Position numbers and translations under genes: made by a program. A stretch of DNA of 64,000 nucleotides, from positions 1-64,000 of IMG/VR virus record IMGVR_UViG_3300045988_063132. One strand, written 5' to 3'. Under the pieces are notes generated by a model. It made no database searches, was not told the DNA's origin, and worked only from the letters and a program-made list of their open reading frames with translations. Below, one piece after another: positions 20,321 to 30,812 of this stretch. This DNA is from a virus. Every line of letters starts with the position of its first letter. The stretch's first letter is position 1.

Positions 20321-20533
20321 TTATTTTTTCTTTTTACCTTTATTCCATTTAGCAGCGTTTTGCGCAAATATAGCTCTTTTACGTGTTAAAGGATTTTTAC
20401 TATGAGTTAATTCTTCAGTACTCTTACCTGTTCTTTTCTTAAGAGCGTTAAACTTACCTTTGTTTTTCTTCTTTATATGTATCCCACCATCTTTATAAGT
20501 TGGTATTGGATACAAGGGATAAATTTCTTCCAT
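20321..20533 (-). CDS. small highly basic protein
   Basis: 70 aa, Lys-rich (KKKNKGKF...KGKKKK). Confidence 0.4.
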   Translation of the reverse strand: MEEIYPLYPIPTYKDGGIHIKKKNKGKFNALKKRTGKSTEELTHSKNPLTRKRAIFAQNAAKWNKGKKKK

Positions 20534-20538
20534 ATTGA

Positions 20539-21825
20539 TTATTCTTTATTTGTTTCATATCCGGCAACAGGTAATAGTAATGGAGTAATAAATTCCATTG
20601 GAGTTAAATTATTTATCCTATCTACAAATCTAGATTTGTTTCTATACATGTTGTATTGCAATTTATTAGCATTATTAACAACACCTGTATTTCTAGGATC
20701 AAATAAGAAATCTTCAATAGTATTTTGATTAACCTTTGAACTCCAGTCATGTATCTTACCTTCATTTACTAAAGCTCTTTTCAAATGCAACATATGGGAT
20801 TTTGATTCACTAGGATCTAATAAATACGCTTGCATGTTTGGATTAATATTAATTCCTTTATTACGTAATTCTCCTGGACCCATAATATTACCTTCATCTA
20901 GTAAATATGTTAAATAACGATTGTTTGCATCTGATGCCAATTGATCAGCTAAATGCCCTAATTCATGATTTGCTGTTCCTGGTAAATATTGTAATGGATC
21001 TATAGTAATAACATAATCATCAACTACAGGTCCATAGTCTTGTACATCTCGTACTCTACTTATTTTTGCATTTTTATTACCTGGCAATTCTGCATATTTA
21101 ATATATTTACCACGATTTGTCATATCTCTTGCAGCTATTCTTTTGTATGCATCAAGATAATCTGTACCATACGCAGTATCAATTCCTTTTACTAACTCAT
21201 AAGTTTTCTTATCTGGTAGTACTGCATCTTCTATAGTCTTATTAATTTCTTTTTCATATTTCTTGATATTTCTATCTCGTCTTATTACTTCAGAAAATTC
21301 AGAATTATAATCACTTTCCTCTTTGACTTTTTTCTTGTTCTTTGATGTTTTACTACGAGCCTTTTCTGCCAAAATAGAAGGATATTCATCAACCATACTA
21401 CTATGTATTTCAATAGGAGTGTTTAATGTGTTACTTACTCTAGATTTTATTTTTCTTAAACCCTTACCAACACCCCAAGGAATGGCATTCATTAATGTAC
21501 TTACCGCGGCATTACCATAATTACCTTTTTCTAATTCTTCTGCAGTAGTAATCGCATCTTTTATATAACCTGCAGGAGTTATATATGCTTCAGGTTGAAC
21601 TAATTCTGCTTTACCAGATATTTGTTGCTGTCTCTTATAATACTCTGGAGTACCTGGAGTAAGACCTAACTCTTTGGGTGGTACTATCTTTTTACCACCG
21701 TCTTCGTATCCAGGAATTGAATCGAATTGTGATTTAATATCAAAATAGCTAGCATTAGGATTCTCAGCTCTAACCGCATCATATATTTGTTTACGCTCTT
21801 TTAATGTTAGATCTGACCATTTCAT
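20539..21825 (-). CDS. HExxH motif protein (putative zinc metallopeptidase / minor head protein)
   Basis: 428 aa containing GTANHELGHLADQ. Confidence 0.45.
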   Translation of the reverse strand: MKWSDLTLKERKQIYDAVRAENPNASYFDIKSQFDSIPGYEDGGKKIVPPKELGLTPGTPEYYKRQQQISGKAELVQPEAYITPAGYIKDAITTAEELEKGNYGNAAVSTLMNAIPWGVGKGLRKIKSRVSNTLNTPIEIHSSMVDEYPSILAEKARSKTSKNKKKVKEESDYNSEFSEVIRRDRNIKKYEKEINKTIEDAVLPDKKTYELVKGIDTAYGTDYLDAYKRIAARDMTNRGKYIKYAELPGNKNAKISRVRDVQDYGPVVDDYVITIDPLQYLPGTANHELGHLADQLASDANNRYLTYLLDEGNIMGPGELRNKGININPNMQAYLLDPSESKSHMLHLKRALVNEGKIHDWSSKVNQNTIEDFLFDPRNTGVVNNANKLQYNMYRNKSRFVDRINNLTPMEFITPLLLPVAGYETNKE

Positions 21826-21827
21826 AA

Positions 21828-22274
21828 TTATTTATTTTCTTCAGGAAATAACCAATGTTCAGTATAGAAATGATAATAGTTTTTATCTTTACATACTTTA
21901 GAATGTAATCCTGCATGTATTAAACTAGGTAAACCTATTACTAATAAATACAAGGGACCTAAGATTTTCGATTGTCTAGTATGGCCCAATTCGTGACGCA
22001 AATGCTTAATATTATTAACAATAATATAATTCCCAAGAGTGATGCCACTCCGCATATTACTAGATAGCTTACATTTAATACACTCACCACAAGTTTCTTT
22101 AGTACAGACTTCATAACCTTTATAGCAATGATACAAGGCTAACCCCAGTAAATTCTGGGGTAATTGCCAAGTATACAATGCTGCGTTTTTAATTTTATTT
22201 AACAGCTTTTTCATATTACTTACCTGTTTTACCAGTTTTACCACCTTTCTTGCTTCCGCCTTTCTTACTTCCAC
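21828..22274 (-). CDS. small HExxH / Cys-rich protein
   Basis: 148 aa containing LRHELGHTRQS and a CxxC cluster. Confidence 0.4.
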   Translation of the reverse strand: MEVRKAEARKVVKLVKQVSNMKKLLNKIKNAALYTWQLPQNLLGLALYHCYKGYEVCTKETCGECIKCKLSSNMRSGITLGNYIIVNNIKHLRHELGHTRQSKILGPLYLLVIGLPSLIHAGLHSKVCKDKNYYHFYTEHWLFPEENK

Positions 22275-22293
22275 ATGCCATAATTAATTCCTC

Positions 22294-24879
22294 CTATTTT
22301 TTAGTTTTAGATTTAGCCTCTCCTGCCACTTTGTTTTTAAGGGCTGTCTTGGCTTTTAATTTTTCACGTTCCATTGCAGCTTTATCTTTAAGAATCTGCA
22401 ACTTCTTAGCTTCTTCTAATTTACGTTTTTCTAAAGCTATTCTTTCACGTTCAATAGTAGCTTTAAGTTTTTCAGCTTCTTTCTGTGCTTCTATCTTGCG
22501 TTGCTCTATTGCTTTCTTATTATCTTCAGCTCGCATCTTATTTGCAATATCCATTTGTTTAGTCATTGCATCAGATACAGCTTTTTGTCTTTCGATTTCT
22601 TGTTTACCTATTTCAATAGGATCAGGTATACCTGACATATCCTGATCCATATTCTCAGAACCACGATAAGCATTCAATTGAGCAACAGTAATCTTAGTAG
22701 CATTATCTTGATCAATTTTATATTTTTCAAGATCCATTTCAGCCTCTTTAAGCATAAGTTCTTGTTCTTTAACTTCATTCTGCATCTGAACAAGTTGCTG
22801 TTGCTGTTGTGCTTCTTGCTCTTGTAAAGCCTGTTGCTGTTGCATTCTATTATTCTCGATATCTCTAAGCTTAGATTTAATCATGCTTAAGTTATCCAGA
22901 GTAATGATCTCGGCAACATCTAATAATGATGCGCCATTCTGCATTGCGGGTTGAATCAAACTATGTAATTGTTCGATTGCTTGATTGTCCTTAGTACTAT
23001 CAGATACAAATATATCAAAATCTTCGTAACAAAAGTTATCATCTATTTGTAAGAATACTCTTGTAACGTCATCTTGCATATAATGTAAATACTTTTTAGT
23101 ATCTTTCCAAGCATACTTAGATGTATCTAATAACATTGATAAAACTCTTTTCTTTACCTGATTATGTAACCAGAACCAAGGCTCAGTAATGTGTGCAGAT
23201 TGAACTACAGATCTTTCAACATTACCAACTAATTCATTACTAGAAATAGCTCCTTGTCTCTGAGGAGATACACCAGATAATTCTGATACCATTTGTTCTA
23301 TCTTATCTAGTAATCCGATATAAGTATTAATAGTATTGGCCATACTAGCATCAATAGAGGCCCATTGATTGTATGGTGATGGTTTACCACCTTCTCTACC
23401 AGGAATGTTCCATCCTTCTTCGTAAGGATTAACAAATACTACACCCAGCGCATTCATGTAATGCATCCATTTATCAACATCAATACCCATACTTTTTGGT
23501 ATTTGAGTCACATCAATCACTGGAAGTTTACCTTTATCTCTCGCTATAGCTAATTCTAAACGATACCACAAGATAATATACATATACTGTAATGGTTTCA
23601 TAATAGCTACTAGAGATTTAGCTTTACTATTGGTATTACTGTAAGCCACTCCAGTATAAGGTAATTTACCAGAATTTAATGTAGAACTATTTTCAAACTG
23701 ATATTCTACAGGTTGCATTCCAAAGTAAAGTGCATCTTCATCACCTTCATCCGCAGTTCTATAGCCTTCCCAAGTTTCAGTAATCCATTTCCATTCAATA
23801 TCTATTTCATTACCTGTTTCTTTATAAGTTTCATCTACTTCAAATTCTTCAACTGTTTCTGTTTCAGGATTTAAAATAGTTACAAAACCTATTTTCTTAA
23901 ACGATTTCCAGCATACATGATATAATATAACATCATCTAATACTCTGTCTTCTAGATATCCATTAATTGAATTATATCTATTTAAAGTAATATGATTATA
24001 ATCATCAACAGAATTCTTATCAGGACCGTAGCCAGAAGTAGGTTTCTGACCTACCAATTCTAACAAATGATTTAACTGTTTTTCATCTAGTTTATCATAA
24101 TAATCATCATATAAACTAGCTACTGATGTACGTATTCTTCTTACACACCAAGATGCTTCATCTACAAATTCAATACCTTCTTCTGCAGGATACTTAAAAT
24201 CCATAGTATTAACTCTTTCTGCAAATGGATCACCATTTCTAATACCTACGTAATAGAATTCCAATCCACCACATAAAGCATCTTTAAATCCTTTTTCAAA
24301 TTCGTGTGGTAAATTTAATTTTTTCCATAAGAAGTTCAAAGAATTGTATGCAGTTATTTCTGCAACATCTTTATAACTTTTAGTGAGATATTCTTGTATT
24401 TTTTCTGGTGTCTGTATTTCGCCTGTTTGTAAAGCTTGTTGAAATCTTTGTTGTTCTTCTGGACCTAATTGAGCCATCATTGCTGCTTGTGCATATTCCA
24501 GTAACATTTGTTTAGCTTTCTCTTGAATATCTCCAGCAGCAGCATCACTGGTTCTACACACATTGTAGTTAAAAGGTCTCTTTGTTTCTTCTCCTAATAG
24601 TAAATCTATTTTAGGTCTAATTATATTATAGTCCTGAGCCATTGCTGGAAAACCATCATCTTGGTTAAAAGGATTTGTAACATACTTAAGATCTTTTTCA
24701 TTATATATACTATTATATAAATCATAATAACTCTGTAATTCCTCTTCGTCTGGAATCGAGTTAGCAGAAGAAAAACCAGATATACCTATAAAATAGTCTA
24801 CACAATCTCTACGCCATTCCTCTGTCTTTTTAGACATAGGTAGCTTTTGTACAGGCATGTTTGATATATTTCTTTCCAT
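22294..24879 (-). CDS. portal protein (putative)
   Basis: 861-aa ORF immediately downstream of the terminase with a Lys/Glu-rich C-terminal coiled coil. Size and position are as expected for a portal. Confidence 0.55.
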   Translation of the reverse strand: MERNISNMPVQKLPMSKKTEEWRRDCVDYFIGISGFSSANSIPDEEELQSYYDLYNSIYNEKDLKYVTNPFNQDDGFPAMAQDYNIIRPKIDLLLGEETKRPFNYNVCRTSDAAAGDIQEKAKQMLLEYAQAAMMAQLGPEEQQRFQQALQTGEIQTPEKIQEYLTKSYKDVAEITAYNSLNFLWKKLNLPHEFEKGFKDALCGGLEFYYVGIRNGDPFAERVNTMDFKYPAEEGIEFVDEASWCVRRIRTSVASLYDDYYDKLDEKQLNHLLELVGQKPTSGYGPDKNSVDDYNHITLNRYNSINGYLEDRVLDDVILYHVCWKSFKKIGFVTILNPETETVEEFEVDETYKETGNEIDIEWKWITETWEGYRTADEGDEDALYFGMQPVEYQFENSSTLNSGKLPYTGVAYSNTNSKAKSLVAIMKPLQYMYIILWYRLELAIARDKGKLPVIDVTQIPKSMGIDVDKWMHYMNALGVVFVNPYEEGWNIPGREGGKPSPYNQWASIDASMANTINTYIGLLDKIEQMVSELSGVSPQRQGAISSNELVGNVERSVVQSAHITEPWFWLHNQVKKRVLSMLLDTSKYAWKDTKKYLHYMQDDVTRVFLQIDDNFCYEDFDIFVSDSTKDNQAIEQLHSLIQPAMQNGASLLDVAEIITLDNLSMIKSKLRDIENNRMQQQQALQEQEAQQQQQLVQMQNEVKEQELMLKEAEMDLEKYKIDQDNATKITVAQLNAYRGSENMDQDMSGIPDPIEIGKQEIERQKAVSDAMTKQMDIANKMRAEDNKKAIEQRKIEAQKEAEKLKATIERERIALEKRKLEEAKKLQILKDKAAMEREKLKAKTALKNKVAGEAKSKTKK

Positions 24880-24880
24880 A

Positions 24881-27800
24881 TTAGTTAGTAAACATATAAG
24901 TGGTTGTACTAAAACTGTTATTTATCTGTGGCTCATAAGTATTATCGTAATTTTTAAATAAAGGAGCATTAAATAATCTAATCTGTTTCTCCTTTTCAGT
25001 CTTTTGCTTTACTTGATAATTATACAATTGTTCTTTGTATATCATAATCTGTAGTAATGCCATTACTCGGTCTACATTAATTTTTTCATTATATTTGATT
25101 AATTCCTCAAGTAATGGTTCAGACATGATAGTATTCAATCTTAAAGTATCATTACCAAGATCTTCTTCAAGCCATTCTTTTATTCTATCGATACCCCAAG
25201 CTTTAATCTCTTTTGTCATATGACAGCCTTTTCCTCTATTTACTTTAGAGGAATTAGTGATATCTCGTATGATATCTGGTTGATCAGCTAATAAGTAATT
25301 ACAATGCTTATTGTTAAAATAAGTAAAAATACCAGTATTCTGATTTTCTACCATTGCTTTAGCATTATAATACTTAAGTAACTTACGAACATTCTCATAG
25401 AATTCTTCAGCTGTTTTAGGTCTACCAGTATATTCTGCTACTATTATATCTTGATAAGATTCAAAATCTTGAAAACGTTTGTATATAATACAAGAACCAA
25501 GAGAATTAGTACCAGATTGATCTTGATCATACGGGTCAATACCAGCAATATATAAACCAAAAGGTGCATCCTTTACTGGATGTTCCCATATCACCACAGC
25601 CCCTGTAGGATCAGCAGTTTTAGGTAAAGGAAACTCTTTTATATCATTTTTATTTTTTGAGATGTTCCATACTATTTCTCCTTTTACCTCAGTAAGGTAT
25701 CCTACTTGTTTAGCATTAGCTAATTTCTTATTAGTTCTTATTCTAGCTAATTGTTTTTGTAATTCTTTTTTGGGAAATATGTTACCCGATAGTTCAGTAA
25801 ATGCTTCTGCTGGCGTCTCTGAATGTTCGGCACAATATCTATCGACCTGTTGAGAACTTTTAGCACTTTTTAATTCTTCTTCTCTAAGATTTAATATGAA
25901 TTCTCTGGCTTTTTCATGTAATGTGTTGCCATCTTCATCCATATATAATCTTTTACCATTCTCATCACGTATATCTAGATTAGTATGCTGCGGTACAAAG
26001 AATCCACATGGTTTACCACCTTGCGCTCCTTCATCCCATATATTATCAAATTCTATACAGTTAAATGCTTTAGGATCATAAAATGCATTTCTTAAACCTG
26101 CTACATTATCACCTTCATCACCACCTGTACCAAACATAATCATTAAACCAAATGCTACACCATCCTGTTCTACAGAAGGTCTAGCAATTTGCCATGCAGC
26201 TTCTAATTGATTATTAGATCCAGCTTCTTCCCATAAGATTAATTTACCAGCTTTACCACGGACTGAATCAGGATTATCTTTAATAGATACACCCATTATC
26301 TCAGACTTATAACCTGTTTCTACTTTGTTACCATAATCATCAGTAACAAGCATAGAAGCTCTACGTCTCATGGATGTATTTGATACTTGTCTCTTTTTAC
26401 CCCAAGCTGTATTACCATCAATAAAATCCATGTAATCCCAAGCCTTAGTAAGAATGCCATCTTCTGTTAAATACTGTTTATTAGCAGCATATACATATGA
26501 TTTTGAATTAGGTATTAAAAAGAAGTTTCTACATAGCATAGCACCACCTTTGTAACTATTGTGTGTGGGAATAAAGTCCTTAGTAAGGTATAAACTATTA
26601 TCATGATCTACAATTATACATCTTTGCTTTTCTTTATAGCCTAAAGATTTAATAGATTTTAATCCTATAGCATTGTATTTATAAGTTCTATCATGACGAA
26701 GTTTCTCTAATTTACGAGGTAATTTAAAAATATTTTCTTCTGTGATAATAGTTAATTCCCAATGCGGTAGAGTATTTGAAAAGTTGCCATTACCAAAATC
26801 TACATTACTTCTACCAGGAATTTCATTAGATTTCTTACATCGTATACCTAGACTTCTACAAAGAAAAGCTACATCGTCTACTAATTGTTCAGAAGTAGAC
26901 ACAAATGTGGATGCCCCGTTTGTACAAGAACCATCGGTATCCATTAATCCTTGTAGTAACTCCATCCTATATTCAATAGGAGCTAATTTATATTCTAAAG
27001 GAATAAACTTCTTATCAGCTTTAACTCTTAAACCTAATGTTTTTAATTCCCTTCCTAGTTCGTGAATACCTTTTTGATTCGAAATTATCACATATTGAAA
27101 TTTATCAGTCAATGGTTTAATAGTATAGTTAGGTAATCTCTTAGACAATTCTTCTACAATAAAAATATCATCTGTAGAAAATTTAATTTGACTTCCACAA
27201 ATATAACCATCCCCAAGTAATACACCTAACACATAAGGATCTATTTTACCAGGTGGCTGTTCAAAATCAATAGGTCTTACTGAAGGTAATTTATAAGGAT
27301 AAAATTCTTTTCCTTTACTACCTTGTTTTAATTTTAACTTACTGTATTCCTTAGTAGTTTTTATATGAAGTTTACCTCTAGTAGAATTTATAGTAGACCA
27401 TAAATGATTTTCACCACATCTAACTTTTCTTCCATCCTGTAGTTCTACTTCGTATACTTCCTGTTCACCCTGTTCATTGATTTCGATTACTTTGCAAGCC
27501 CTACCATCCGGATTCATAACAAAATCACCAACTTTTAATGACCCCATTGTAACAAATCCATTTGGAGTTAACACTTCTTCAGATTCTGGTTGTTCAAAAC
27601 CTTTACGTCTAGCTTTTGCTACGCATAAGTGTTTACCTTGATTCTCAGCTTCTTCTATAGATAAGAAATAGTAATAGTCATAATCATAGAAATCAGGAAA
27701 AGCTGTTTCACGAGTCTTCTTTACTACATCGTGTCCTTTTGCGTCTTTTGTAATCTTATAGATAATTCTTTGAATGGGACAGTAATTAAGATAGAAATAA

Positions 27801-27991
27801 TTATAACCTGTAATGTAATCACCATCATCTGCAGTAAACCCATTAATACATCTATCCATTTCGGTTTCCCAAAATGAAAAGTATTCTGAAGTTCCTTTAG
27901 GGTATAAACAGTAAGAGCCGGTCTCCATAAACTGGATGGCCGGCTGTCTAAATTTATTTGAATTTATTATCTTCTTACTGAAATCAACCAT
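24881..27991 (-). CDS. terL: terminase large subunit interrupted by an intein
   Basis: 1036 aa. A P-loop-like segment, CVAKARRKGF, is followed by a ~346-aa Hint plus LAGLIDADG insertion. The polypeptide then resumes with SYKGGAML and the ATPase/nuclease. Confidence 0.7.
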   Translation of the reverse strand: MVDFSKKIINSNKFRQPAIQFMETGSYCLYPKGTSEYFSFWETEMDRCINGFTADDGDYITGYNYFYLNYCPIQRIIYKITKDAKGHDVVKKTRETAFPDFYDYDYYYFLSIEEAENQGKHLCVAKARRKGFEQPESEEVLTPNGFVTMGSLKVGDFVMNPDGRACKVIEINEQGEQEVYEVELQDGRKVRCGENHLWSTINSTRGKLHIKTTKEYSKLKLKQGSKGKEFYPYKLPSVRPIDFEQPPGKIDPYVLGVLLGDGYICGSQIKFSTDDIFIVEELSKRLPNYTIKPLTDKFQYVIISNQKGIHELGRELKTLGLRVKADKKFIPLEYKLAPIEYRMELLQGLMDTDGSCTNGASTFVSTSEQLVDDVAFLCRSLGIRCKKSNEIPGRSNVDFGNGNFSNTLPHWELTIITEENIFKLPRKLEKLRHDRTYKYNAIGLKSIKSLGYKEKQRCIIVDHDNSLYLTKDFIPTHNSYKGGAMLCRNFFLIPNSKSYVYAANKQYLTEDGILTKAWDYMDFIDGNTAWGKKRQVSNTSMRRRASMLVTDDYGNKVETGYKSEIMGVSIKDNPDSVRGKAGKLILWEEAGSNNQLEAAWQIARPSVEQDGVAFGLMIMFGTGGDEGDNVAGLRNAFYDPKAFNCIEFDNIWDEGAQGGKPCGFFVPQHTNLDIRDENGKRLYMDEDGNTLHEKAREFILNLREEELKSAKSSQQVDRYCAEHSETPAEAFTELSGNIFPKKELQKQLARIRTNKKLANAKQVGYLTEVKGEIVWNISKNKNDIKEFPLPKTADPTGAVVIWEHPVKDAPFGLYIAGIDPYDQDQSGTNSLGSCIIYKRFQDFESYQDIIVAEYTGRPKTAEEFYENVRKLLKYYNAKAMVENQNTGIFTYFNNKHCNYLLADQPDIIRDITNSSKVNRGKGCHMTKEIKAWGIDRIKEWLEEDLGNDTLRLNTIMSEPLLEELIKYNEKINVDRVMALLQIMIYKEQLYNYQVKQKTEKEKQIRLFNAPLFKNYDNTYEPQINNSFSTTTYMFTN
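26558..27595 (-). mobile_element. intein with LAGLIDADG homing endonuclease inside terL (aa ~133-478)
   Basis: The Hint N-block VLTPNGFVTMGSLKVGDFVMNPDGRACKVIEI aligns to the VMA intein block VLMADGSIECIENIEVGNKVMGKDGRPREVIKL. The LAGLIDADG motifs are LGVLLGDGYI and LQGLMDTDGS. The C-terminal block is IIVDHDNSLYLTKDFIPTHN followed by a +1 Ser. Confidence 0.7.
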
Positions 27992-27992
27992 G

Positions 27993-28184
27993 TTACTTTT
28001 TCTTAAACCAATTTTTGATCTTTTGCCAGGTTGAAATTTTAACAGGTGCTTTTTCTGGAATTGGCATACTACCCTTACAAGGTGTATCTAAATATTCCTG
28101 ATGTCTTTTATATGCTTCTGTAAAATCCAGAGTAATTGTACCGTTAGCCTTGGCAATTTTGCCAGATGTCTTAGTCTTAGCCAT
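27993..28184 (-). CDS. small basic protein upstream of terL
   Basis: 63-aa ORF. Too small to call a terminase small subunit. Confidence 0.35.
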   Translation of the reverse strand: MAKTKTSGKIAKANGTITLDFTEAYKRHQEYLDTPCKGSMPIPEKAPVKISTWQKIKNWFKKK

Positions 28185-28253
28185 ATCTTTATAATTTTAT
28201 GCAGCAACGCTGCTTGGTTTTTAATGTTTTAAATTGTGTTTATATTGTTACAA

Positions 28254-28799
28254 CTACTTCGGTAATTCGAACGGATTCAGCTCTCCGCCACCTCTTACTT
28301 TTGAATTTGACAATTCTTCTGCTCTTACAGAAGACTCGAGTAAATCTAGAGATTTTATAGTATTACCTAATGAACCCATACCTGCTAATATATCTTTTAC
28401 CTTCTTTTCATCAAGTTCATCAGCTAAAGATTCACTATAATATCTAGATATACTTTCTAATTTCTTTCTAGCATTTTGCAGTAGTTGTAGTGTTAAGGTG
28501 TTTGCAAATGCTATATAAGCTTGTTCAGCCTCAATTACTTCTTTAGGAAGTTTTATATTTTTATCTCCAAACAGTTCTTGTTTTAATCTTGGCTCTATCT
28601 TATCGCTGTCCATACTCTGAACATAGGGACTATCATATTTATTTTTAAGAACTATATATGAGATATATTTAGTAGCCATTTCTTTATCTGCCTTATCGGC
28701 ATCCCACACCTTTTTAAAGGCTGGGATACCTAGGGCATCATTGTGTATAACTACTTTACCTGCCAGAATATCAAATAGTTTCATTAGTTCAGACAACAA
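28254..28799 (-). CDS. hypothetical protein
   Basis: 181-aa ORF. Confidence 0.45.
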   Translation of the reverse strand: MLSELMKLFDILAGKVVIHNDALGIPAFKKVWDADKADKEMATKYISYIVLKNKYDSPYVQSMDSDKIEPRLKQELFGDKNIKLPKEVIEAEQAYIAFANTLTLQLLQNARKKLESISRYYSESLADELDEKKVKDILAGMGSLGNTIKSLDLLESSVRAEELSNSKVRGGGELNPFELPK

Positions 28800-29134
28800 T
28801 CACAACAAACTTTTTCACAATTTCCACAATCACGTGACTTTATATAATTGTCTCTCTTTTCTTTTAATTCTACTAATTTATTAATAGCAGAAGCACAAGG
28901 TATAATTATAATTTCAGGAGCTTTATCTTTTTCTATAGTAAACGTACTGAACAATATACTAGGTTCGGTAATTTCATATTTTTGACCTTCGTAGTATAAT
29001 TCTCCAGCTTCAGGTAAAATGTAATAATAATTGATTATATCGTATTTGTCAAAATAATTCTGAATATTTTCAATAGAACCATCCGTACTGCTTAACAAAT
29101 TGTTGTATTTTAAATTGTAAATCATATTAATCAA
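28784..29134 (-). CDS. hypothetical protein with a Cys-rich C-terminus
   Basis: 116 aa ending in CGNCEKVCCDCCLN. Confidence 0.4.
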   Translation of the reverse strand: MINMIYNLKYNNLLSSTDGSIENIQNYFDKYDIINYYYILPEAGELYYEGQKYEITEPSILFSTFTIEKDKAPEIIIIPCASAINKLVELKEKRDNYIKSRDCGNCEKVCCDCCLN

Positions 29135-29229
29135 ATTTTAAGTATCTTAATTTATAATGTCTATTTAAAGCATCAATTGCTTCTTGCTTAGTGTAAAACA
29201 TATTTACATACTCTGGATTACGACTGTAG

Positions 29230-29730
29230 TTATTTATTATCTCCTTCAGCTGCTCCGCTATCTCGTCCTGATTCTTGTGTCTCATTTTCTATTGTATTAT
29301 CTGATGAACCAAAACCGTTTTCACCTCTGTCACCTTCAACTAATTCTTCAGCTAGAGTAGGTTCAATAGTAGGATAAGGCATAATAATTAATTGTGCAAT
29401 CTTTTCACCTGGTTGATAAATAGTAGGTAATGCATCCGTAGTAAGTTTAAACTTACACATAATTTCACCTCTGTAACCAGCATCTACTACACCTACACAG
29501 TTACACAATGATAACGATCTCTGAGATACAGATGACCTCATAAAGATAAAACCTACATACCCTTCAGGAATCTCTACTGCTAAATCAGTATGGTATACTA
29601 GTACCATTTTACCACTCTTATCAAATTCCTGAGTAAACCTAGTAGCGGTTAGATCTAATCCAGCATCATTTGGGTTAGCATAAGTAGGTAATACCGCATC
29701 TTGTGTTAATTTCTTAAACTTTACTTCCAT
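29230..29730 (-). CDS. dut: dUTP diphosphatase
   Basis: Contains ANPNDAGLDLTA, VVDAGYRGEI and the MRSS motif, which are characteristic of trimeric dUTPases. Confidence 0.75.
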   Translation of the reverse strand: MEVKFKKLTQDAVLPTYANPNDAGLDLTATRFTQEFDKSGKMVLVYHTDLAVEIPEGYVGFIFMRSSVSQRSLSLCNCVGVVDAGYRGEIMCKFKLTTDALPTIYQPGEKIAQLIIMPYPTIEPTLAEELVEGDRGENGFGSSDNTIENETQESGRDSGAAEGDNK

Positions 29731-29816
29731 GTTATTTTCTTACTATATTGTTTCCTAATATTATTTCGGTCATCTGTGCTGCTAGATTTGCAGCATAGTC
29801 TTCAGCAAAATTGCTC

Positions 29817-30209
29817 TTACTTACTTCTTGATATATTGCTTTTAGCATCTGCATTATTGTTGCTTGATTTAGCAAAATCTGATCTAGTTTTTCTTCCATT
29901 TTTTGCATAATATAAAAGAGCTAAAGCGTTCCAAGCAATTGCTGCTTCGTGTCTTACTTTGGTTTCAGGATCAAATTCCTCTAGAGAAGAAGCATACAAA
30001 TGTCTTAATAAAGCTCCTTTGTAACGCTCATAACCATTATCAAGATTCTGCCAATTATTATCACCATACTTCTTAGCTCCTTCTGTATATACTCTAGCTA
30101 TGTCTTCAAGACAATCTAATGGTATTAATTCCCATCTTGTTTTATCATCTTTTCTGTCGTTTTTCTTTCCTTCCATCGTAAATATTCTTCTAATTGATCC
30201 ACACACCAA
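29817..30209 (-). CDS. hypothetical protein
   Basis: 130-aa ORF. Confidence 0.35.
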   Translation of the reverse strand: MVCGSIRRIFTMEGKKNDRKDDKTRWELIPLDCLEDIARVYTEGAKKYGDNNWQNLDNGYERYKGALLRHLYASSLEEFDPETKVRHEAAIAWNALALLYYAKNGRKTRSDFAKSSNNNADAKSNISRSK

Positions 30210-30583
30210 GTAACCAAATATGCATATTGTTCATTTCCCTCATCATAACCTTCAGTATTCATTCTAAGAAAATCATAAACTGCATCTGCATAATGTATTG
30301 ATTCGTGAGCTAATGTAGAACATTCTACTTTAGATTTTAATGCTATTAGTATACCCATTCTTCCACTTTTCTTTTCTGCTACCAAATAAGTAACCCCTAA
30401 TGTGTTATTTGGTTTATCTGGTGTTTCACATTTATCTTCATTTTGAAGATGTTTAGTAGTTAAGAAAAAGTCAAAGAATTGAGTTATTTCATCCCAATTA
30501 TCTATATCTGATATATAAAGATTTATTGGATATAAATTCTGAAATAGTAGAATATTACGAGGTTTGTTCAATTTCTTTGCCAT
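30125..30583 (-). CDS. hypothetical protein
   Basis: 152-aa ORF. It overlaps its neighbour, so the true start may lie internally. Confidence 0.4.
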   Translation of the reverse strand: MAKKLNKPRNILLFQNLYPINLYISDIDNWDEITQFFDFFLTTKHLQNEDKCETPDKPNNTLGVTYLVAEKKSGRMGILIALKSKVECSTLAHESIHYADAVYDFLRMNTEGYDEGNEQYAYLVTWCVDQLEEYLRWKERKTTEKMIKQDGN

Positions 30584-30812
30584 ATTTCTTTTTAGGTTTT
30601 ATCTTAAAAAGATAACTAAACATTATTGGTTTGATATCCTTGGTATTACTTATCTTTTCATTTGCAAATTTAAATGGATGATTACATATTACTTCTACTA
30701 CTTGATAAGGTATGTTATATTTGTTAGCTAAATGGGTATATATGCTAATTCTTTTTTGAGAAATCATATGCCATTTTATAGTTTTCATTCCAAAGTAAAT
30801 CATCGAGATCAC
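30555..30812 (-). CDS. hypothetical protein
   Basis: 85-aa ORF. Confidence 0.3.
   Translation of the reverse strand: MISMIYFGMKTIKWHMISQKRISIYTHLANKYNIPYQVVEVICNHPFKFANEKISNTKDIKPIMFSYLFKIKPKKKYGKEIEQTS

Noticed and set aside
28216-28240. Hairpin gcagcaacgctgc followed by ttggttttt on the plus strand
   Set aside because: It would be a plus-strand terminator in a purely minus-strand region. It might at most block antisense transcription, and it is not a convincing terminator for the minus-strand genes.
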